From positions 744,001 to 808,000 of the forward strand of contig ML978130.1 in NCBI GenBank assembly GCA_010015805.1: 64,000 nucleotides of DNA. Reading direction: 5' to 3'. Below the pieces are notes generated by a model, which was given only the letters and a program-made list of their open reading frames with translations, was not told the origin of the DNA and made no database searches. The stretch's first letter is position 1. Every line of letters begins with the position of its first letter. Made by a program: the position numbers and the translations under genes. Positions 24,652 through 34,239 of this stretch are shown here, piece after piece. This DNA comes from Rhizodiscina lignyota (lineage: Eukaryota).

Positions 24652-25260
24652 ATGCTCGGCAAATGGATCGTTGCCAGCCTTGCGGCGCTCAGCGCCGTTG
24701 CCAGTGCCGTCCCTGCGGTCTCCACTAAGCAGGAGTACATCTACCGAATGGGCGACAGGGCTGTCAAGAGACCATATACGCACAAACCCATCAATATCGG
24801 CGGCATCCCCATTGGAACCACCGAGTTGGATGAGTCTGCTGTCCAAGACTCGCCGTCTGTCACCAAAGGCCATCATATCGGGCATAAAGGATGGGTCATC
24901 ACCAAGAAAACCCCGGACGATCGCCATTGGGAGTACAGGCCGCCCAAGAATTCGACCCATACTACGTCTAAAAGACAAGTCGAGGAGATCACATTCGTGG
25001 ATTTCCTTATTACCACCCCAGCTCAACAAACCCATGTTTTTGGCGACCTCACGCTGCCAAGCATAACAGACATCAATTATGCCGACGAATTTTCGATCAC
25101 AGACGCTATAGATGTGGGATGGAATATTGAAGACGCTATATCGGGGACACTAGACTTCTTCATCGAATCTGACGGTGGTGACGTAGCTGTTGCTGAACTC
25201 GCTGACTTATTAGACGGTGTTTTCACTGTTGGCTTTGAGCTTCTGGATTTTGTGTTCTGA
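24652..25260 (+). CDS. Secreted orphan prepro-protein (signal peptide, dibasic KR sites, acidic C-terminal domain)
   Basis: Hydrophobic signal MLGKWIVASLAALSAVASA|VP; KR at residues 39-40 and 107-108; good start context CAAAATG. Confidence 0.75.
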   Translation: MLGKWIVASLAALSAVASAVPAVSTKQEYIYRMGDRAVKRPYTHKPINIGGIPIGTTELDESAVQDSPSVTKGHHIGHKGWVITKKTPDDRHWEYRPPKNSTHTTSKRQVEEITFVDFLITTPAQQTHVFGDLTLPSITDINYADEFSITDAIDVGWNIEDAISGTLDFFIESDGGDVAVAELADLLDGVFTVGFELLDFVF

Positions 25261-25739
25261 TATTGTTGAGGTACGGGTTGGAAGGGTTGCTCTTATCGAG
25301 ATGCTCCGAAGTTGGCAGTTGTACTATTTTCGTTTAGAAAGCTTGTGTCTCGACAGCTTTCCGTTCGTCTTGTGATTTTTCGTGATGGTTATCTGAGGCC
25401 CCCTGTGTGCTGCGGCATTTTCAGGTCAAAATACGGGGACAGCCGAAGTAGTACGAGGGAATGCGCATTTCCCATCCAACACATGTTGCAATCCCTCATT
25501 AAGAATGACGTGAATAACATGAGAAGAAAGAGATTTATTCTTAGAAGACAGTGGGTTCCAAGGTAAAACGTACAGCTCGGCCGGAAGCCCGATCTAGAAA
25601 ATTCGTAATCGTGTTTCAGCTCTGTAATTTATAGAGAGCGCAGACGTTTAACATGGCAAGTAAAGGCCTCCGGTTGCTTGTTTGGTGTTTGTGTAAACTT
25701 GATGAGCACTTAAAAGCTCTCCTGTTTCAACTATGCTTG

Positions 25740-26960
25740 TCTATAGACTACATATCCTTGGAGCCGTCGAATGGCCATGTGGCGCTCTAGTGCACGTGAG
25801 TCTAGAACCATCCGTAAGGAAGACATACACTAACTGAAAGCTGAGTTGCCTCATCGTGGCTTGGGGGATCCCACTCGATGACCTCGTGGTCCAACGTCTT
25901 GACCTTCTTGACCAAGAGCTCTACAGCTCGGAAATTGGTGGCTGCCGATTGACGATACTATCGCTTCCCATCACCCCAAAACAGAGCCTCCTTTCCCCCG
26001 TCGCTGTCTTTAGGCAGACTTGATACAGCTCTTCTCTTCATGGAGCCTCTACGACCCTTGGATCCGTAAGCCAAGGGTCTCTGCCGAGGACTGATTTCGT
26101 AACGTTAGTTAAGCCGGCCGCAGATGACCAGAGCGGACCTAAACTGAAGGGAACAAAGTCTTGACCTTCCATTACATGGCTGGTATGCTCGAATGGCAAG
26201 CGCTGGTAGCTTGGTTTCAGGCCGAAGAGGCCATTGAGTGCAGCAGGATGTCTGATTGAGCCGCCGATGTCTCTTCCGAATCCAACAACGCTACTACGAA
26301 GCGCAATAAGATGATGTTCGCCCCCTGAGCTGCCACCTAACGAGAGAAACCTGTTCTGAGCATTTGCTATGTATCCGATGATGTGATTCTCTGGTTCTGC
26401 CGCGAACGAGGCTTGCGCAACTGATGTCTTGCAGTACAGTACCGCTCCAAGCGACAGTAGTATGTTGACAAATACAATCTCTGCATCTCTCTTTACCGGA
26501 GAATCTGCAAGACTAACAAAGCCGCTGGACCTGTCAATACCTTTGCTATTGATGGAATCTTTAGGCTGACGGGTAAGCCATGCAAGGACCGAGCGGTTTC
26601 CCCTTCTCCTTCGAGTACGCATCCAGCTCTTCCGCATGCTTGATACCGTCCTCGAAGAATATCTCGTGCAAGCAGTTGGTTAGTTGGTGCGCTAGAGCCG
26701 CTCTGTGGCTGAAGGCAGTTGCTACAGAGACTGCAGTCCATTTTCCAGAAGTAGAACTGGCCAATATCTCATGTGGAGTGGACTCTGTGATGTTAATTTC
26801 TTGAGCTGAGAGAAATTGGCGTATGTAGTCGCCGGTGACGTCTCTCTGCTAGTCAGCCGGAGGCAGAGCAACTGGTAGAAGCCATTCCGGACGAATAGCA
26901 GAGAGAATCGCCTGCCGCTTGGCCGATGCTTCTGCTTGCCACGAGTCCACATTTCCTCTA
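25740..26960 (-). pseudogene. Amidase (acetamidase/FAAH-like) pseudogene
   Basis: Fragments AFSHRAALAHQLTNCLHEIFF, GP-LHGLPVSLK-D, GGSSGGE, DIGGSIR.PA, LFGLKPS and HEVIEWDPP lie in shifting frames. In-frame TAG at 26849-26851, TGA at 26038, frameshifts near 26585, 26560 and 25990. C-terminal third not found. Confidence 0.85.
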
Positions 26961-27491
26961 AGTCCGATGAGGGTTTGTCAAGAAACTGTAAAATCGTAAA
27001 CTGGCAATTGGTTTAATTGAATGAACAGATTTTGCGATACCTGAGGACTCCTTTCCAGCGCGCCGATCCTCTATACTAAGTGAAATTAGTGAAACGGAAA
27101 TAACAGATTACGAAGAAGATAGTTCAAATGTCAAAGAGCTTCAAGAGGTGCTGATTGAGAGTTCGAGGGCTCTCCAATGTTGCTGAGTACGCAGCTAGTG
27201 AACTCTTCCTACCACATCTTGAAAAGAGTGCAGGAGTCGTGCTGCTCCTACCAACCCTGTCCATTCATGTAGCTCTTCTCATTAGTGGTGGTACCAGGCT
27301 CTAAGTGAGACTTAGCTAACGTCAATTCATAACATCGGAATAACGTTCAGCTAATCGTCCACTCTCTGTTCACTAGATCGCTGATTAAGGTCTGAGTGCG
27401 ATCGATTGATGACGTGCGGGGACGGTCGTAATTAATTGAACCATGGCTGCGATATATATCTCGAACTGCCTTGCGATTAGTGATATTAGAT

Positions 27492-27532
27492 AGTGGAGAC
27501 TCAAAGCTGAGGAGAGTGGAGACTCAAAGCTG
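27492..27532. repeat. 18-bp direct repeat AGTGGAGACTCAAAGCTG (27492-27509 and 27515-27532)
   Basis: Read directly. Confidence 0.85.
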
Positions 27533-27939
27533 GATTGATTGGACAACGAGATGAGTCTCCGGTGCTGCCGGGTGATCGTGCCTCTATCGTGGGTCGTATT
27601 TGCACGTGACCCGATCGACCTGACAGGCTGACCCATACCATCGACTTAAAAATGACACGTCGTACAACATATCCCCGGCGTACGAAGCCAGGGACTTTAA
27701 GGTCACTTCAGCCTCCTCTCAATCGTCGCCTGTCTTACCATATGTAACTCGCTACACTTTGGTCCTCGTCCATCGATGGACCCTGATGACGGATATCGAC
27801 ACGCGTGCTCGAAAATGAAATTATCCGCGAAAGATGAGCGTCTTGGCGACTTGGCGATTCTTCCTTTCCCGTCTCTCACTCTTTCAACCTCACTTCTCCG
27901 CTCGAATTCGCACGTTTCTTGCCCCCTAAAAGAGCGCAG

Positions 27940-29525
27940 ATGCTCTCGTCGTCGATCTCGAACCTTGCCCTAGTCTGGCCGAGGCTCGGCACGCGCTTTG
28001 TTCAACGATTCCTCTGCGTTCTCGTCGCCTTCCTCCTCGTCTTGTCTGCCGTCTCCTACTGGCAAGACCTCGGCCAATGGAGTAGCAACCATTCCGCCTT
28101 CCTACACAATTCTCCCTTTCATTTTGGTAGCGGCAGCAGAGTACCGCAAGACCCTCTGAAAGAGCCAGGATGGTTGGAGAATATCACATGGGTGACCTCC
28201 AGTCCTGAGGTGCAGTTACACCATTGGTTGCAGAAGATAAGCGATAAAGAGAATGGTACGGATGTGGATTGGGCGAGAAACAAGACGATTCTTCTGCTTG
28301 GCGACTCTGTGGTCCGAGATTGGATCTGGAGGTTATGCGACAACCACCTCCACGTTCCCAAACGCCGCGTTTCACTCGACGCGAAGGTGAAGAACGAAAA
28401 GACAACAGGATGGGAGTGTGTTGTCCCACAGACACAGACGAGACTGATCAATGGCTTCATCTACGGTAGGTTAATCCCTAGACATCTTTACGGATTGCAT
28501 ATAATTCTAATAAATTGCTCGTCAGGTATGACAAACTACTCGCGATACCCGCCAAAGTCTCCCCTCATCTCGCGTGAGTGGCCACCCGGCCCCTGGGGTT
28601 TCGAGAATCGCATCCCGGAATTGGTCAAACAGTACTCAAAATATGATCCAGACATGATCGTGGTGAGTCGATGCGTTCGTGGAAGGTGATTTTGCATTGG
28701 ATTTATTGTGAAGCAACTGGCTGATATACCTTCTTACACAGCTCAATTCTGGCCCATGGGACTTCAAAGTAAGTAATATTCTGCTCCTTGCCTTACCCGA
28801 TCATAATCGATTGACACAGTTCTAGTTCATGTTCCGGCGAGACGTCTACGAGAATCTCAAAGGCATCGACATTGAGGCTCCAGAGGTACGGCTCTCCTCG
28901 GCCTTCCCCTTTTTCCAATGGTCCTCAATGGGCGACTAAACTAATTGCCTCGCAGCTTCATGAGTATGGCGAGCGGCTCCGCGAGTGTTTGAGAATGTTG
29001 CGAGATGCTTTCCCAAACAAGAAGACTGTGTTCTTACAAGTGCACCCTTTTAGCGGGGACGACATAAAAGCCAAGTGGGCCTGTAAGCCAGCTCTGACAC
29101 TTGCTATTGTAAGATCACACAACTGACCAAGCCGTTTCCACAGGGGCCAAGGGTATCAGGGGCTTAAACGACAACGGTATCGACTTTTCTGTCAAAGAGC
29201 CCAACGTGACCGAGGTCGAACCGAAGCTCCCTCACTTGTTTTCACGCCGACGCGTGAGCCAGCTCGCTTCCACTTACCGCCGTATTGCGGCTGAGGAGGA
29301 GTTCGATGATTTGGACTACTGGAAGATTGGCGAAGCCAGTGACGAAGGCAAATTCATTCGCCCTGGCGATGCAGTCCATCCCGCGGATCCAAGCATCGCT
29401 GTCATGCTAGACTGGGTGCTAGAGAAGCTGTGGCGGTGGGAGGTGTATAGGTTAGTATCCAGAGTCGCGCGTCATTCGAGTTTAGCAAAAGTTTGGTCAG
29501 CTAATTTGTGATGCGTAGGGTGTAA
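27940..29525 (+). CDS. Type II membrane SGNH/GDSL-like protein (PC-esterase/TBL/Cas1p-N-like acyl-esterase or O-acetyltransferase)
   Basis: Seven exons: 27940-28465, 28526-28662, 28742-28768, 28826-28885, 28956-29082, 29144-29450, 29519-29525, all GT-AG and in phase. N-terminal TM helix, LLLGDS (Ser motif), NSGPWD, and DAVHP (DxxH). Confidence 0.8.
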
Positions 29526-30241
29526 ATAGGTGCTTCCTTTTTCTACGGCGCATTGCTCTTTAATTGGACGCGCTTGGAGCGCAGCGAGATAGGGCAGGGC
29601 AACTGCAGGTTGGTTATGCGGGAATGTGACGACGAATGGTAGAACGGTCCTCGCCGGACAATGCCAACATTATGTAAATACGAAACCTCGGGTACTAAGG
29701 ACAATTATGATTTTCTATATGATTCTACTGTGTCCGCCGGTATTACACGTCACCTGCTGCCAGGGAGGGCAAATTTCTGACATCCAGCATGCAGACTTAG
29801 ATGTCTCGAAGCCCAACACGATTCGGTACGAACCATTGTCGGGCGAGAGAAAAAATGATCTCCAGCGTAACACAGTGGCGGCGCAAACACTCCCGACACT
29901 CACTGGCCCCGCATACGCGCTCTGAGCCTCTGATATACCGCTATTCCGCTCTTGTGTCATTGGGGATTGAGGGAGAGTCCGAGGTGAATAAAGTTGCGCA
30001 AGGTTGCAAGACAACGTGACACTGCCAGCGGGTCTGAACAGTGAATAATAGTCAACTTGAAGTATTAACTACACCGCTGGATATTGTAGGTATTTAAACT
30101 TCGCCTCAGATTAGAATTCTGAACGACAACTACTACTCCAGAAGAGCTACTTACTCTAGCCCTCACATATCCTCCAAACATTCTCGCCTGCAACACTTCA
30201 ATCTTCCTCATCTCTCATTCTGTCGCTCATCAGAACTCAAG

Positions 30242-30806
30242 ATGCAGCTGATTCACTTACTTACTCTCCTCTCTGCTTCATTCGCCACCGCAAAGATCGG
30301 TGCAAGCTGCAACGCCGCATCTGAGCTTCTCAACCACGGCTGCGACGAGTGCGAGACTTGCTACGTCGGTGTCGGAAAATGCGGTCGTGAGTAGAGCGTA
30401 CGGCAAAATCCCCGCCAAGCATTAACCATTCAGCAGGACCATGCAGCGCTGCTCAAACCGCGCTCTGCATCCCAGATCCCGGCCAGTGTGCGGACCTCGG
30501 AGAGGGCGGATACAAGTGCTACGGTGAGCATTAGGCCTCGCCTAACAGCTACGATGGATTGGATGTCCGCTGACGAGTGAAGCAGGCCTCACACCTTGCG
30601 TGCCAAATCTGAAGGGCGGATACACTTGTCCGCTTGGTCCTCACAGTGAAGGCTATTCGTGCGAGGGCACCATTGTCCCAGTCGACATGCAATGCGCTCT
30701 GGCTTGTGAGTGATGTGGTGATGCGTCGTTGACGTGCCGGCTAATACTTTGAATAGTGCCCGCAGATAGCGGAAACGGCACGTGTGCTGTGTCTGGACTC
30801 GGTTGA
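30242..30806 (+). CDS. Small secreted cysteine-rich protein (133 aa, 14 Cys), absent from the ORF track
   Basis: Exons 30242-30386, 30437-30523, 30586-30705, 30757-30806 total 402 nt and are in phase. GTGAG donors and TTAAC/CTGAC/CTAAT branch sites; signal peptide MQLIHLLTLLSASFATA; TATTTAAA near 30091. Confidence 0.85.
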
Positions 30807-32311
30807 AAGGTGTTTGCGACAGCCTTTCGACATTAGATTGACGGGCGTCGACAAGACGTCGTTAAGCTCCACGGCAGTTTAACAATGACGACGAGCGTCA
30901 AGGCTAAAATTACTTCTGAAGTGGAGTTGGACTGACAAAATGGGATTGCACTCTCGAAGCACCGAAGACGTGAAGGCTACCTTGGTAGTCTTTAGGATAC
31001 GAGGATAGTGGTGACAAATCAGGGCTCCGGATCCTTCTCAACTACCCTGTGCCAGTTCTTACGCTTATTCTTGATGCGGTGACCGTGACAATGTCAATGT
31101 TCATTTTCGTATGACATGCCAATCTACCGAGCCTCTCCGCTGCTTTTCGAATTCGACCTTCGCTGTTAGAGCTCAACCGCGGCCATACAATATCCAAGCC
31201 ACCCTCTATGCCGAGAACTAGAATACGGAGGCACAGATGACCGTTCAAGGCTCGTCGCAAGATCCAGCGGACTTCGACTGTTCGACGTTAATCGATAGCA
31301 TATAGCAGGTCCTTGACACACTCCCAGCCATTGTGGATAGACAGGAGTAATTGAATAGTGCACCAAATGGGTATGATCTTGTTGACTGCCGCGAAAGGGA
31401 CGAAAATCGAGTTTGAATTTACGGAGTAGTAACATTAGTTGACATTGTAGAGAAATGAAGCAAAATACACCCGGTTACAGAATTTCGCATGCGCTGAGAA
31501 TGGACAGGCAAACGCTTTGGCATAGCTCTATGCAAGGTAGCAAATACAAGCGAGGTCGTACGATGGAAAGGTGGCTCGCTTGTTATTCCACAGGCCTGAT
31601 ACAGCACTCGTGGGATTGTAGGTTATTATTATTCGACTACAAGTACAGAAGTGTACGAGTCGTCGGATTGAGTTAACGGTGGTGTGAGACATCCAACGTA
31701 TGAAGTGCAGTCTAGATGCATATGCGCGAACCCCCCACGCTCCAGCCCTACCGTATTATCAGCGGTCACTTACAGGGGCCAATTCCGTAATGCCAATGCG
31801 AACGCGACGGGCTTGTGGCGGTGGTGTGGCGCCTCCTTCCCACCCCATCCCGCCCCGCGCCGGTCCTCCGTACGGTCGTATACGAGGTTTTTGATATCAA
31901 GCATTTCCAGCCGTCTTGACCTATGTAACTGCCAAGGGAAATAAGCACCGGAGGAAGAGACTAACGGCTGACTAGGCTTGAGGTTCTTGTTGGCGTGCTT
32001 GGCTTGTTAGTGTACCAGTCTACTGCCATGTCTTGCGAACGTGGTCGACAGCGGGCGCTTAAATGGGCTAGAGAACCCAACTTATTCAGCGCTCAGTGTG
32101 CAGAGATTGTGAATCGGTAATGTATCTTGGATATTACTATACTTGGCGCTATGAACGAACGCACGCAATAACACATCTTAGTGAAGTCGCTCCAAATGAT
32201 TGCTTTACAATACATCAGGCCTTGAACGGCACATCATGCTCAGAGGATGTCTTTGAAAAGGCTGCCCAGTGTCCCTGATGTACTCTATCACAAGTAGAAT
32301 CTAGTAGAAAT

Positions 32312-34016
32312 TTAAGCCGCAGGCCCAACGCGCTGCTGGAACTCCTCGTAGTCGATGGCGTCCGAGTCCTTGCCTCTCGTCTCCGGGACGCAGAAGAAGG
32401 TGACAACAGCGCCGAGGAGCTCGAAGGCGAAGAAGATCCACAGAACACCGCTAAGACCGATGGAGCCAGGGTACTTGACGTGATCCTTCTGCGACCACCA
32501 GTTGAAGCCAATACCGGACAGGATGGCACCGAGCTTTCCAACAGCGGCGCAGAAGCCGTGAGCGAATCCACGCACACGCGAGGGGAACACCTCGCCGGGC
32601 ACGATGAAAGTGGTAGCGTTGGGGCCGAAGTTGAAGAAGAGCTGGGCGATGACGATGAGAGCGAATCGAGAGGCAGAGTTGAGGGAGTCGCTGGCGCCTG
32701 CCAGGATGCCGAACATCAAGGCGGTGACGAGGAAACCTTGAATCTGAATCCACTTGCGGCCGAGCAGCTCGATGAAAGCAATGGTGAGGAAGTAGCCAGG
32801 GACGTAACCGGCGACGGCAATGATCAAATTACCCTCGGCGTTCTTGAGGAGATAGTCGTACGGGGTCTTGCCGGTGGCGTATCCGATATCAGCGAGGATG
32901 ACAGACTGGTTCAAGTTGACACCGTAGAAAGCAACGTCGACCAAAAACCACGAGAAGGCGCAGCCGAAAAGCGTCAGGGCGTGGCGTGGGTGGCTGAAGT
33001 ACTCGATGAACGCCCTCATCTGGGCACCCTTTGACGGCTCCTGTGCCTGGGCAGCTGCCTCAATGATGGAGGCGCGACGATCAACCGGACGGCCATCGTG
33101 TGTTTTCAGCTCGTGCTGCTCAAAGGAAGCGTCCGAGGCATTGAGCTTAGCCTTTGCGACACCAGACAGCTCGGTGCTCTGCAGGAACTTCTTCGACTCA
33201 GGCATGGTCAGGCGGAAATAAAGAAGGGCGAAGCATGGCACGAGAGCCAACCCGACCTGCAGACGCCAGATGCCATCGATCTTGCCCAAATGGCCGTTCT
33301 TCAGAGAACTGCTGAAAATCGGGAGGAGGATACAGGTGATGACAGAAGCGGCCAAAGTGCCCTTTAGGAAGTGTTAGCAAGCTAATTGTGCTTGGGGAGA
33401 AAGCTTAACATACCCAGCCCTGGTTGCTGAAGATCCAGCCAAGCATACGGCCACGATTGGCCAGAGTCGAACGCTCAGCGACGATGGCAGCCGACATTGG
33501 GTAGTCACCTCCAATACCGACACCGAGTAGGAAGCGCCATCCAAAGAGCCACCACATCTTCGAGACACCGTTTTGAAGGCCAGCGGAGTTGTTGACTGGA
33601 AGGGAGATGATCATGATGATGCCGATAATCGCAATGATCAGCTCCTTGCCGTAGACAAACTTGCGGCCGAAAGAGTCGCCCAGGAAACCGAAGGAGAGCT
33701 GGCCAGCAACATTGCCGATGTTGGCAGCAGCATTCACCGCGCCACGGACGAGGAAGGGGATGGTTGGCGCGGGGACGACAGTGGTGGAGTCGAGATCTCC
33801 CTTGGTGAAGAACTCATAAGCCCAGATTGGAGATGCCAAGTTGACAATGAAGAGGTCGTAGGAATCAAGCATAAAGCCAACACCGCAGATGAGGTAGAGC
33901 TTGAAGTCGGCCATGGTGAAGGCGGAGGATTTGTGCGTGGCTTCATATTCCTCGAGGGAGACAATGTTGCCATTATCGTCCCTGCGGATGTACGCGTGCT
34001 CTTCCCAGACAGGCAT
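32312..34016 (-). CDS. MFS inorganic phosphate:H+ symporter, PHO84-like
   Basis: Exons 34016-33414 and 33361-32312. GVGFMLDSYDLF, GIGGDYPMSA, FSNQGWG, WFLVDVAFYG, QLFFNFGPNATTF, PETRG. Confidence 0.93.
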
Positions 34017-34233
34017 GACGAATGTCTACGGAGGACAGCAGGAGTTCAAGTCAAGAGTTTTAAGAGTTGAAGTGTTTGGGCAAGTAAAGCTTGTGTTCCC
34101 CTGGGAAGAGCATGGCTATATAATTTCCGTGCAAATGGCATCCCACCATCACGTTGTCGCGTCTTCGGGAGAGCCATCGAGGCGCAAAAGATCGTGACAA
34201 AGTTCGATTCAGGCCAAGAGTGATATTGAAGCC

Positions 34234-34239
34234 CACGTG
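34234..34239. promoter_or_regulatory. Candidate PHO box CACGTG (Pho4/NUC-1/PalcA-type bHLH site) upstream of the phosphate transporter
   Basis: GCCCACGTGCG about 220 bp upstream of the ATG at 34016; TATA-like element at about 34117-34123. Confidence 0.55.
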
